Origin: Myxococcota bacterium
GTDB taxonomy: Bacteria; Myxococcota_A; SURF-8; G963663525
Length of the DNA stretch: 64,000 nucleotides
Direction of reading: 5' to 3'
Assembly (NCBI GenBank): GCA_963676915.2
Contig: CAXXVK010000074.1
Span: 24,270-88,269 of the forward strand
The position numbers were made by a program, and so were the translations under genes. Positions 1 to 8,833 of this stretch are shown here, piece by piece. Every line of letters starts with the position of its first letter. Positions within the stretch are counted from its first letter, which is position 1. The notes under the pieces are model-generated. The model did not search any database. It was not told the origin of the DNA and saw only the letters and a program-made list of their open reading frames with translations.

Positions 1-418
1 GCGGCCATTCGTCAGGCAGGTGGCGGGCGTAATTGCGCGCCTGGGTCTTGGCATTCAGCATCTTGCGTCGCCAGCCCTCCGACTCGCGCACGCCGATCCC
101 CTTGGCTCCCGGCTTCGCAACGCCAGGTGCGGCCAGCGGATCAACCTCCTGCTTGAAAACGCCCTGTTTGGACTCCAGGATGAAGCAGCCCTTGCGGTAC
201 AGGTCGATGCGCTTGGGCGGGCCGGACTCCCCGAAAGCCACCTCGCGCTCGAAAACATAATCGTTCGCTGTCCCGGCCTTGTACGGCTCGGGCCGCTCAA
301 CGCCGATCAGGTCGCAGAGGTCGTTCAGAAACGATTGCGAATTAGCGATTTCCTTCCCCCCGGCGTCTTTCCAGCGGGCGATGAAGGATTCGGGAGATAT
401 GCTCGAATTTGGGCTCAT
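1..418 (-). CDS. MmeI-like type IIL/IIG restriction-modification enzyme, N-terminal nuclease region (3'-partial, runs off the window)
   Basis: Not in the ORF track. Manual translation from ATG at 418: MSPNSSISPESFIARWKDAGGKEIANSQSFLNDLCDLIGVERPEPY...DYVFEREV...KRIDLYRKGCFILESKQG...WRRKMLNAKTQARNYARHLPDEWP. The FIxRW, FLxxLC, IDLY..CFxLExK (PD-(D/E)xK) and QAxxY motifs match MmeI-type N-termini. Confidence 0.85.
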   Translation of the reverse strand, partial: MSPNSSISPESFIARWKDAGGKEIANSQSFLNDLCDLIGVERPEPYKAGTANDYVFEREVAFGESGPPKRIDLYRKGCFILESKQGVFKQEVDPLAAPGVAKPGAKGIGVRESEGWRRKMLNAKTQARNYARHLPDEWP

Positions 419-690
419 GAAAAACCTACCAGCATCCACTTACGAAAATAGTAGCACCCAGATGTAGAATGCTGGTTTTTATAGCATTAATAAGGCAAAG
501 GCGGAAAGGAATTTATGTGGAGTTATCAGGAGGATAGATGGTCAAAGGGTCGTGTGACGTATTCTGGCACATATTGATTTTTCATATCGGTTCGACGGTT
601 ACAATCCCATGTCCTACCGGGAATCGAACTCAGCAAATTATGGGCGTCCTAATTATTTGATGGAACCCATTGAATATACATTGAAATCCC

Positions 691-734
691 AATTCGGACG
701 GCAAACGACAAATTTCGGACGGCGTCCGAAATTT
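691..734. repeat. Perfect 25-bp palindrome plus direct repeat of TTCGGACGGC (possible att-site arm sequences)
   Basis: AAATTTCGGACG (710-721)-G-CGTCCGAAATTT (723-734); TTCGGACGGC occurs at 693-702 and 714-723. Confidence 0.6.
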
Positions 735-880
735 CAGAGACAGAGAGAGAAAATTACCAAGAATTTGGAGAAAATGGGCGAAATGCGCAAAAGCGGCGTC
801 CGTTTTGAGCTGATTACTGGTCGGGTATCAGGAGGCGAAAAGCATTTGATATTCAGCAGATATAGCGCAACATCATAAAT

Positions 881-918
881 CGAAACAGGCTCTCGGGATT
901 GTCCAGAGAGCCAGTTCG
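881..918 (-). terminator. Hairpin downstream of the tmRNA 3' end
   Basis: GGCTCTC/GAGAGCC stem extended by CGAAC/GTTTCG and followed by a T-rich tail on the minus strand. Confidence 0.5.
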
Positions 919-930
919 AAAGTAGATTAA

Positions 931-1280
931 TGGTGGAGGCGGGGGGAATCGAACCCCCGTCCGAAACGGGTCAGTGAAGAGCGTCTACGTGTGTATTCGT
1001 TTGATGTTTCTTAAAGGGAGACGGCACAAACGAAAAAGCCATACTTCCTTCCAGTTCGATGAATGTCCCTTGGAAAATTCGAACAGCACTTGCCAAGGTA
1101 AGTCACCTAATTGTCGTCACGTAAGAACCGATGACACTTCCCTACGCGACGTGGCAGACATTAAGCTGCCATAGAGTAGTTTTCTTCGGCACTTGTAGTG
1201 CTTGCCGGTTTTTGACGAATGCCCGGCACACCGACACGCAACTCAACCCCTTCTCGCTCCGTCGAAACCATATCGCCCCC
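931..1280 (-). ncRNA. ssrA: tmRNA (SsrA), tag peptide AEENYSMAA
   Basis: Minus strand starts GGGGGCGATATGGTTTCGACGG and ends GACGGGGGTTCGATTCCCCCCGCCTCCACCA (tRNA-Ala-like ends, T-loop, CCA); 350 nt; tag frame 1190-1161 GCC GAA GAA AAC TAC TCT ATG GCA GCT TAA. Confidence 0.97.
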
Positions 1281-1509
1281 ATGTCAAAGAACAAGTCTTC
1301 TATAAACTCTATGAATCTAAACCGTTTATACCTGAAAATCAATCATCTGCTGAAGAAACAGTTTATTAAAACAAGATCTTGAATGTAGAAATGGACAAGT
1401 CAGCGACGAGAAGATCGCTCTCATTTTTGCTCCAACACATTTGCAATGTCGGATAAGGAGCATTCCCGAACCACGCAAACAATTAGCCAAACTACCTCAA
1501 ATACCAGTT

Positions 1510-2784
1510 TTATCGCACTTTTTCCAAACGAAAACGGGCGGCGTTGGCATGACCTGCCAGTCCTTCGATGTCCGCCAGCGCGGCGGCGTCTTCGAGTAGT
1601 CCGGTGGAATCTTTGGGGTCGTCGATGCGCATCCAGGTGCGGATTTTCAGAAAATTGAAGACCGAAAGCCCCCCGATGAAGCGCGCCGTACCTCCGGTCG
1701 GTAAAACGTGGTTCGGACCTGCACCGTAGTCTCCCAGAACTTCCGCACTGTCGGAGCCGATGAAAATCGCGCCGAAATGGGTCAGATCGCTCACAACGTC
1801 ATCCGGGTTCTCTACCATCACTTCGAGATGTTCCGGGGCCAGCCGATTGCAGACCTCGATTCCCTCCGCAAGGTTTTGTACCAACACGGTGAATCCGTTC
1901 GAAACGGCGGCTTGGGCGGTGGCGCGGGTTTTCAACGTTTCCAGTTGGCGGGAAAGTTCGAGGTCCACCTTTTCCGCCAGGGCTTCGGATATCGTAACGA
2001 GAATAGGCAGGGCGTCGGGGTCGTGCTCGGCTTGGGCCAGCAGATCGGCGGCGATGAGTTGCACGTCTGCTTGTTCGTCCGCGAACACCACCAACTCGGA
2101 CGGTCCGGCCAGCATGTCGATACCGACGTGTCCGCTGACCAGCATCTTTGCGGCAGTTACCCAGCGATTGCCGGGACCGACCAGTGCGTCGCAGCGTGGA
2201 ACGCATTCGGTGCCATACGCAAGAGCTGCGACGGCTTGTGCTCCACCTGCGGCAAGCAAAGCATCCGCACCGCCGATGTAGGCTGCCGCCAGGGTTTCGG
2301 TGGTCGGTCGAGGTGAGGCGGCGATTACATGGTGAACGCCAGCGGCTCGGGCCGTGACGGTGGTCATCAAGATGGAGGAGGGGAGGGGAAAGCGTCCTCC
2401 CGGTCCGTAGCAGCCTGCCGTACCTACCGGAGTCACCCGATGTCCCGCCCAACCACCTTCGATGGAGATGGAGGTTTCCGGTAGGCATTCCCGTTGCGCC
2501 AGCGCAAACGTTTCGATACGCTCTTTCGTGCGTTCGAGCAACGCACGTACGTTGGCAGGGAGTGCATCGAACGCCACCCTCAATTCCGAACGCGGAATCA
2601 TCAAAGGCACATCCTCTCCCAGATCGTCCAGGCGTCGGGCGTATTCGATCAGAGCGACATCTTTACGTTGCCGTACGTCCTCTACGATGCGGGATGCCGC
2701 CGTTAGCGTTTCGGCATCGACCGGATCGCGTAACAGCGACGGCAGACGGTCGGGAGTGACACGGCGTAAACAGGCGGTTTTCAT
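1510..2784 (-). CDS. hisD: Histidinol dehydrogenase
   Basis: PGGRFPLPSS, GPGNRWVTAAK, IDMLAGPSE, LLAQAEHD, APEHLE, LGDYGAGPNHVLPTGG. Confidence 0.97.
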   Translation of the reverse strand: MKTACLRRVTPDRLPSLLRDPVDAETLTAASRIVEDVRQRKDVALIEYARRLDDLGEDVPLMIPRSELRVAFDALPANVRALLERTKERIETFALAQRECLPETSISIEGGWAGHRVTPVGTAGCYGPGGRFPLPSSILMTTVTARAAGVHHVIAASPRPTTETLAAAYIGGADALLAAGGAQAVAALAYGTECVPRCDALVGPGNRWVTAAKMLVSGHVGIDMLAGPSELVVFADEQADVQLIAADLLAQAEHDPDALPILVTISEALAEKVDLELSRQLETLKTRATAQAAVSNGFTVLVQNLAEGIEVCNRLAPEHLEVMVENPDDVVSDLTHFGAIFIGSDSAEVLGDYGAGPNHVLPTGGTARFIGGLSVFNFLKIRTWMRIDDPKDSTGLLEDAAALADIEGLAGHANAARFRLEKVR

Positions 2785-2787
2785 GGT

Positions 2788-4044
2788 TCAGTCCTTGGCG
2801 TTACCCGGCCTACGGGTGAGTTTCAATGCGCGGCGATCCAGCACCTTTTCCACGTCTTCCAAAGAGACTCCGGCCCGTGCCATGGCAACGGAAGCAAAGT
2901 ACAGCACGTCCGCAGCTTCCCAGGCGATGTCTTCGGGCGTTTTCGCCTCGGCCAGTTCTCCGGCTTCTTCGACGAGTTTTTTCCCCAACAGATTCGGGTC
3001 GTCGAACAGTCGTTTGGTATAGGAACCTTCAGGGGCGTCTTTCAGGCGCGAGGCCAGTGTTCGTTCCAGTTTACCCAAGCCTCCCGTTTCTCCCCAGCAA
3101 CTCCAGGTGTCGAGGTGGCAAAAGCCTTCGCCTTTCTGGCGCACGACGAAGCGTAGGGCGTCCCGGTCGCAATCGAGGTCGATACGTAACAATTCCTGGG
3201 TGGCTCCGCTGGTCAGACCTTTTATCCATAGTCCGCGAGAGCGAGAATGGTAGACCCCCATTTTTCGCTTTACCGATTCTTTCAGGCTTTCGAGATCGGA
3301 GTATACCAACCCCAGTGCCACGCCACTCGTATCGGTAACGACGGTAGGCCACAAGCCGTCGGGACGGTCGGAGACAAGCGGAGCGGCGATGGCCTCGGCG
3401 AAGTCCATTTTGTGGGTATACAACGCCATACCGACTTGGGCATCCGCTCCCAGGCGGTCGATCGTTGCCACGTCCTCGGCTGTGGTGATGCCTCCGGCGA
3501 CCGTCAGCCGAGCTTGTCCGGCAGCCGCCACGAGCTTTTCGATCCGCTCCGGGTCGATTCCTCCCAAACGTCCTTCTTTTTCCACGAAAGTCACAAGGAA
3601 TCCGCCTACGAGTCCTTTGAGGGCTTCCATGCGTTCGAAGATCGTATGACCGGTTTTCTTGCGCCAGCCTTCGACTACGACTTCATCGTTATAGGCGTCC
3701 AGAGCGGCAACGATGCGCTCGGCAGGAAGCTGTGAAAGAACTTCCGGTGTAGCGGCGGTTCCCATTACGATTTTCGGGGCTCCGGCGTCTAACCACTCGA
3801 CGGCGTCACGAACGCTTCGGATGCCTCCGCCGATGCGACATTCCGCTATATCCATAAGGTTGCGCATCACCTCGCGGTTGTCGCCTTTTCCCAATGCGGC
3901 GTCCAGGTCTACGACGGCGATTTCCCCGGAAAGTCGAAACGTTTCGGCAATGGGAAAGGGGTTGCCGGCATCCAAGGCTTTATCCCGGCCTCCGATGAGT
4001 TGCACGGACTCGCCGTTCATCAGGTCTATGGAAGGAATGATCAT
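2788..4044 (-). CDS. hisA-hisIE: Trifunctional fusion HisA (ProFAR isomerase) - HisI (PR-AMP cyclohydrolase) - HisE (PR-ATP pyrophosphatase)
   Basis: N-terminal IIPSIDL, IGGGIRS, VAGGI barrel; middle SRSRGLWIKGLTSG, DCDRDA, FCHLDTWSC (HisI); C-terminal SYTKRLF, KKLVEEAGE, WEAADVLYF (HisE). Confidence 0.92.
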   Translation of the reverse strand: MIIPSIDLMNGESVQLIGGRDKALDAGNPFPIAETFRLSGEIAVVDLDAALGKGDNREVMRNLMDIAECRIGGGIRSVRDAVEWLDAGAPKIVMGTAATPEVLSQLPAERIVAALDAYNDEVVVEGWRKKTGHTIFERMEALKGLVGGFLVTFVEKEGRLGGIDPERIEKLVAAAGQARLTVAGGITTAEDVATIDRLGADAQVGMALYTHKMDFAEAIAAPLVSDRPDGLWPTVVTDTSGVALGLVYSDLESLKESVKRKMGVYHSRSRGLWIKGLTSGATQELLRIDLDCDRDALRFVVRQKGEGFCHLDTWSCWGETGGLGKLERTLASRLKDAPEGSYTKRLFDDPNLLGKKLVEEAGELAEAKTPEDIAWEAADVLYFASVAMARAGVSLEDVEKVLDRRALKLTRRPGNAKD

Positions 4045-4796
4045 AAACGAACCTCGATTTGTCGTTGGTTGAGAAACTCTTTGATTTCACGGACGGAAAT
4101 ATCACCGTCGTGGAAAATCGACGCGGCCAGCACGGCGTCGGCTCCCGCTTCGATGCCCTCTAGCATGTGTTGCATGGAATCGACGCCGCCCGAGGCGATA
4201 ACCGGAACCGTGACGTTTTGCGATACGGCTCGAACGAGATCCAGGTCGTAGCCGCTTCGTGTGCCGTCGCGGTCCCAACTGGTCAGCAGGATTTCTCCTG
4301 CACCGAGTTCTACGGCCTCCATTGCCCATTGCAGGACGTCTTTTCCGGTATCCGTTTGTCCCGAACGAACGACGTTCTGCCAGTGACCATCGCCCGTAGC
4401 TTTGGCATCGATGGCCAATACGGTGCATTGGCGACCGAAGCGCATTGCCATTTCGGAAAGCAGTTCCGGTCGTGTCAATGCGGCGGTATTGACCGAAACC
4501 TTGTCGGCACCTGCTTCGAGCAGCAGGGCGGCGTCGTCGGCCTCGCGAACGCCGCCGCCGACGGTCAACGGAATGGAAAGCGCTTCGCGAACTTTGCGCA
4601 CGGTTTCGTATTGAGTTTTCCGGCCTTCGGTGGTGGCGGAGACATCGAGCAGAACGAGTTCGTCCGCACCTTGTTCCTCGTAGAGTCGGGCTTGCTCCTC
4701 GGGGCAACCTGCGTCTCGCAAGGCCTGGAAGCGGATACCTTTGACAACCCGGCCATCGCGAACGTCGAGACAGGGAATGATTCGGCGTGTCAGCAT
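4041..4796 (-). CDS. hisF: Imidazole glycerol phosphate synthase cyclase subunit
   Basis: MLTRRIIPCLDV, GADELVLLD, LTVGGGV, GAGEILLTSWDRDGT, VIASGG; start set at ATG 4796. Confidence 0.97.
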   Translation of the reverse strand: MLTRRIIPCLDVRDGRVVKGIRFQALRDAGCPEEQARLYEEQGADELVLLDVSATTEGRKTQYETVRKVREALSIPLTVGGGVREADDAALLLEAGADKVSVNTAALTRPELLSEMAMRFGRQCTVLAIDAKATGDGHWQNVVRSGQTDTGKDVLQWAMEAVELGAGEILLTSWDRDGTRSGYDLDLVRAVSQNVTVPVIASGGVDSMQHMLEGIEAGADAVLAASIFHDGDISVREIKEFLNQRQIEVRL

Positions 4797-4797
4797 G

Positions 4798-5415
4798 TTA
4801 CACCTCACTTGAAAAGGCTCGATCCAGCCAGCGTTTCAGTAATTCCAATCCCCATGCGCCGGACAGTTCCGGGTGAAACTGGCAGGCCAGCACGGCGTTT
4901 TTTTCGAGCGCGGCGACGAACTCCCCGCCGTGATCGCACGTTGCGGCGTGCCAACCGTCGGGGGCCGCGTCGAATTTGTAGGAGTTGGCGAAATAGGCGT
5001 ATCCAGGGCGAAGTAGGTTGCAGCCCTCGCCGGGAACGACCCGGTTCCAGCCAAGTTGAGGAATGCGAACGTTACCGGAAAAGCGGCTGACGTGGGCATC
5101 GAAAACGCCAAGTCCGCGTGCCTCGGGGCTTTCCTCGCTGGTTTTTCCAAGAATCTGAAGACCCAGGCAGATTGCCAACGTGGGTTTTCCCGATGCGATG
5201 CGCTCTTTTAGGGCATCGGCCAATCCATACTCGTGAATCGTTTCCATGGCGGCGGCCATTGCGCCTACACCGGGAAGAACGAGCGCTTGCGCCTGCTTTA
5301 CATCCTCGATTTCTCGGCTGATACGCGGTTGTGCGCCTGCCCGACGTAATCCTGCCAGCACAGAGGCGAGGTTCGCCGTTCCGGTCGAAACGACCGCTAC
5401 GTCCCGTTCGGTCAT
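4798..5415 (-). CDS. hisH: Imidazole glycerol phosphate synthase glutaminase subunit
   Basis: ANLASV, LPGVGA, ICLGLQ, QFHPELSG; ATG 5415 overlaps the hisB stop (TGATG). Confidence 0.95.
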   Translation of the reverse strand: MTERDVAVVSTGTANLASVLAGLRRAGAQPRISREIEDVKQAQALVLPGVGAMAAAMETIHEYGLADALKERIASGKPTLAICLGLQILGKTSEESPEARGLGVFDAHVSRFSGNVRIPQLGWNRVVPGEGCNLLRPGYAYFANSYKFDAAPDGWHAATCDHGGEFVAALEKNAVLACQFHPELSGAWGLELLKRWLDRAFSSEV

Positions 5416-6002
5416 CACAGAACTCCTTTCGTGCTGGGGATGTCGTCCGAATCGTTGCGTTGCACGGCTTGACGACAAGCCAGCGCCAGCGCCTTGAAGG
5501 CCGATTCCGCCCGGTGGTGGTCGTTTTCACCGTGGAGTACATCCACATGCAGGGTAAACCGACCGCTCATGGCCATGGATGTCAGCACGTGACCGATGTT
5601 TTCGCAGGCCAGTGTCCCGATGGCATCCCGGACAAGTTTCAGCTCGATACGGGCATAGGAGCGTCCCGAAAAGTCGAGCACCGCTCTCGAAAGAGCTTCA
5701 TCCAGCGGCGCATAGGCATGGCCGAAACGGCGAATGCCGCGTTTGTCTCCCAACGCTTGTTCGAGCGCTTCGCCCAAGACGATGCCGCAGTCCTCGGCGC
5801 TGTGATGGTCGTCCACGTCGAGATCACCATTGCAGTTCAAGGTCAGATCGAAACGTGCATGTTTGGCCCAGGAGGATAAAAGATGGTCCAAAAAACCGAT
5901 CCCGGTTTTTACATCGGTTTCTCCCTTGCCGTCGAGGTTGAGACGGCATTGGATGTCGGTTTCGTTCGTCTTGCGTTCGATCGTTGCTTCTCGTTTTGTC
6001 AT
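5415..6002 (-). CDS. hisB: Imidazoleglycerol-phosphate dehydratase (monofunctional)
   Basis: RKTNETDI, TGIGFLDH, VDDHHSAED, GENDHHRAESAFKA, IPSTKGVL; no N-terminal phosphatase domain. Confidence 0.96.
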   Translation of the reverse strand: MTKREATIERKTNETDIQCRLNLDGKGETDVKTGIGFLDHLLSSWAKHARFDLTLNCNGDLDVDDHHSAEDCGIVLGEALEQALGDKRGIRRFGHAYAPLDEALSRAVLDFSGRSYARIELKLVRDAIGTLACENIGHVLTSMAMSGRFTLHVDVLHGENDHHRAESAFKALALACRQAVQRNDSDDIPSTKGVL

Positions 6003-7729
6003 GGCAACCACGCTTTCATGTCGCAAGGGTCGGTAATCACTCTCGCCGCACCGGCGGCGTACAAAGGTTCACAACGTTTTTCGAAATCGTCGCCGGGAGA
6101 CACGACGCCGATAGGCAGCACTCCCGCCGCTCGTGCGGCAAGGATGTCGTCCGGCGTGTCGCCCATCATCCAGGCTCGCTGGATAGAAAGTTTTTTCATG
6201 GCTAGTGCGACCGGGGCCGGGTCGGGCTTAAGCGGCGCGTCTTCCCGAGCGATTACCTCTCGAAAAAGTCGCGCTATTTCGTGCTGATTCAGAAAAAAGT
6301 CCGCATCTTTGCGCGGTCGCCCGGTGACAACGGCCAACGGCAGCCGGTCATGAAGTTTTTCAAGTTCGGAACGATCCGGGATCAGGCGTTCTCTTGCCTT
6401 CAAACCCTCGTTTTCATAGGTTCCCTGATACAGGATTTCGAAAGCGTCGGTTACCTCGTCCAGAGGCTTTTCGACACCTGCCCCGGACATCAGCCGTTGG
6501 GTCAGGGACCAGTCGTCGTTGCTTCCCGGTTCGGCTTTGGCGGCGGATATGGTTGTTTCGTCCAGAATGACACCGAACGAATCGGCAGTCAGGCGGATCG
6601 CTTCACGGAACGATAGCGACACATCGGCCAGCACGCCATCCATGTCGAACAAGATCCCTTCGGGAGCAAGCACGGTTTCCAGGGCGTGAGTTAGGCGTTT
6701 GAACAGTTTCTCATTTCCCGGACAGGTTATCCGCAGGCCACCGCGAAAATGTTCTTCATCCGGTACCAGCCGGACGGCGATTCCCATTCCCGCTAGTGCA
6801 TCACGGGTGAAAAGCGGATTTTTTACGCGACAGAATACGAAATTCGCTTGAGAATCCAGCACTTCGGCCCCAAGATCATTCAAGGTACGGGACAGCCGCG
6901 TGCGCTCTTCGATGATTCGCGATACCGTGCGTTCAACCTGTGCTTTTCCTGTCTTTCGCCATTCGAGAGCCATTTCCAGGGAGAGATTCGAAACGGGGAA
7001 GGGCGTGCCGCAGGTCCGAAGCGTATCGATAACGGGCTTCGAGCCAACGACGAAGCCTATGCGCAGACCGGCCATTCCCCATGCTTTCGAAAATGTATGC
7101 AAAGCGACGACGTTGGGATATTTCAGCGCCAAGGGAGTGAGGTTTCGTTCCGCGAACTCGCCATAGGCAAGATCCATCAAAATTACGCCGTGGGGACAGG
7201 CTTGCGACAGACGCTCGATGTCTTCTCCAATTGCGACACTTCCCGTAGGATTGTTGGGGCTGATGACCGTTACGATTCCGGTATCGGGTTCGATTTTTTC
7301 CAATACGGCTTCAATTGGGTAGGTTCCCTCAGGCCAGGATACGTATTCCATTTTCGCACCGACCATGCGGGCCAGCGTCGGAAACATTTCGAAGGTCGGC
7401 GAGGCGATCAGCATTTTCCGGCCTTCCGGCAGATACGCCAGACAGCAGCGCTGAATTCCCTCATCCGCTCCGGCGGTGACCAGCACTTGCGAGGGGGCGG
7501 TTCCCAATTCTTCGGCGATCAATTCTTCCAGCGGAGTAGCTCGGCGATATCGGGAGAAATTTTCCAGATCCATGCCTGAGAATTTCTCCAGTAGTTCCGC
7601 TGGAGGGGGGAGCCCTTCGTTGGCGTCCAGTTTCAGATCCGTCGGTGCAAGCGCTTTGGGGGCTGAATAGGCACGCAAACCGTCGAGAAAAGGGGAAGGT
7701 TTCGGCAAAAAGTTTTTGTTTTCCGGCAT
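5999..7729 (-). CDS. hisC: Histidinol-phosphate aminotransferase fused to a C-terminal HAD-family phosphatase
   Basis: LKLDANE, SPNNPTG, DLAYGEF, TFSKAWGMAGLRIG (PLP Lys); then ILFDMDGVLAD, VVTGR, LKPDP, MGDTPDD (HAD motifs I-IV). Confidence 0.92.
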   Translation of the reverse strand: MPENKNFLPKPSPFLDGLRAYSAPKALAPTDLKLDANEGLPPPAELLEKFSGMDLENFSRYRRATPLEELIAEELGTAPSQVLVTAGADEGIQRCCLAYLPEGRKMLIASPTFEMFPTLARMVGAKMEYVSWPEGTYPIEAVLEKIEPDTGIVTVISPNNPTGSVAIGEDIERLSQACPHGVILMDLAYGEFAERNLTPLALKYPNVVALHTFSKAWGMAGLRIGFVVGSKPVIDTLRTCGTPFPVSNLSLEMALEWRKTGKAQVERTVSRIIEERTRLSRTLNDLGAEVLDSQANFVFCRVKNPLFTRDALAGMGIAVRLVPDEEHFRGGLRITCPGNEKLFKRLTHALETVLAPEGILFDMDGVLADVSLSFREAIRLTADSFGVILDETTISAAKAEPGSNDDWSLTQRLMSGAGVEKPLDEVTDAFEILYQGTYENEGLKARERLIPDRSELEKLHDRLPLAVVTGRPRKDADFFLNQHEIARLFREVIAREDAPLKPDPAPVALAMKKLSIQRAWMMGDTPDDILAARAAGVLPIGVVSPGDDFEKRCEPLYAAGAARVITDPCDMKAWLP

Positions 7730-7747
7730 GATGAATACCTTCCAGTG

Positions 7748-8623
7748 TCAGGGAATCAACTGGTCCGGGGCCGTGACGACGAGATCGGTTCCCCCTTCCG
7801 ACTTGATGGCAGGGATCAACCGAGGTAGATCTTTTCGTGGTACGGCGGCTTTGACGGCATACCCGGCTTCACCAAACAGTGGCGAGATCGTGGGTTCCCG
7901 CATACAGGGCAGCAGGTTGACGATACTTTCCAGCTTTTCGGTCGGAACGTTGAGTTCCAACATAACGCGCTGCCGGGCGTCAAGCACAGAGCGCAGCAAC
8001 AGCACGACATGCTCGATAGCATCTCTAACCCCTGGAATTTCCATGGACTTCGGGTGGGCATACAGTCGTGTGGAGGATTGCGCCAACTCGGCAATGATAC
8101 TCAGTCGGTTTCGTGCCAGCGTACTTCCGGTGGCGGTGTTGTCTACGATGCAATCGGCGTCCTCCGGGGGGAAGACTTCCGTTGCGCCGAACGATCGGAC
8201 GAAGGCCGCATTCAGTCCTTGATCTTCGATCCAACGGCGAGTGATGCGTTCGTATTCGGAGGCAATGACGATTCGTCGTTCGGGGAGGCGACCATCGACG
8301 AGCAGTTGGTCCGGGGCGGCGGCAACGATGCGTACCGGGTCCAGGCCGGTGTCGAGCAACTCCACGAGATCAGCGCCTTTTTCGGCTACCCAGTCCGCAC
8401 CAGCGAACCCGAAATCACGGGAGCCTACGTGCAGCATCTCCACGATGTTCTGAGGTTTCAGAATTTTCGTCTCGAAGCCGGAAAGCGATAGAGTAGGGCG
8501 GTAGTTTCGACTGTCTGCCCGGACACGAATCCCAGCATCGGACAGCAATGCAAAAACGGATTCTTTCATGTGCCCTTTGGGAAGCGCCAGACGAACCTTG
8601 CGTGTTTCGGAACTTTCTTGCAT
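7748..8623 (-). CDS. hisG: ATP phosphoribosyltransferase, long form
   Basis: LALPKG, GATEVFP, DCIVDNTATGSTL, C-terminal regulatory domain (LPCMREPTISPL). Confidence 0.96.
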   Translation of the reverse strand: MQESSETRKVRLALPKGHMKESVFALLSDAGIRVRADSRNYRPTLSLSGFETKILKPQNIVEMLHVGSRDFGFAGADWVAEKGADLVELLDTGLDPVRIVAAAPDQLLVDGRLPERRIVIASEYERITRRWIEDQGLNAAFVRSFGATEVFPPEDADCIVDNTATGSTLARNRLSIIAELAQSSTRLYAHPKSMEIPGVRDAIEHVVLLLRSVLDARQRVMLELNVPTEKLESIVNLLPCMREPTISPLFGEAGYAVKAAVPRKDLPRLIPAIKSEGGTDLVVTAPDQLIP

Positions 8624-8639
8624 CGTTTTTACTCCATAA

Positions 8640-8668
8640 ACAAAAACGCCGGCTTGAAAGCCGGCGTT
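8640..8668 (-). terminator. his operon attenuator terminator
   Basis: Minus strand AACGCCGGCTT-TC-AAGCCGGCGTT followed by TTTGTTT, just upstream of the hisG RBS. Confidence 0.88.
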
Positions 8669-8694
8669 GGAATTGGTCCTGTATATTCAGACAC

Positions 8695-8757
8695 TCATCC
8701 GGCTCTCCTAAGCGGCGATTCGTGATGGTGATGAATGGCATGTCGGTTCGTTTTCAT
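8695..8757 (-). CDS. hisL: his operon leader peptide MKTNRHAIHHHHESPLRRAG
   Basis: 20-codon ORF (absent from the ORF track) with 5 His codons, 4 consecutive, directly before the terminator hairpin. Confidence 0.88.
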   Translation of the reverse strand: MKTNRHAIHHHHESPLRRAG

Positions 8758-8833
8758 GGACAACAACGTATCCGTTTCGATGGTTTTTGTCAACTCAAAG
8801 GAATCGAACGGAATCGAAAAAGTACAAAGGTGA

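Noticed and set aside
20-451. 143-aa plus-strand ORF
   Set aside because: Antisense shadow of the MmeI-like gene on the minus strand.
609-878. 89-aa ORF between the RM gene and tmRNA
   Set aside because: No RBS or recognisable motif; it overlaps the palindrome/repeat region that is better read as non-coding.
974-1382. Short ORFs overlapping 931-1280
   Set aside because: Explained by tmRNA.
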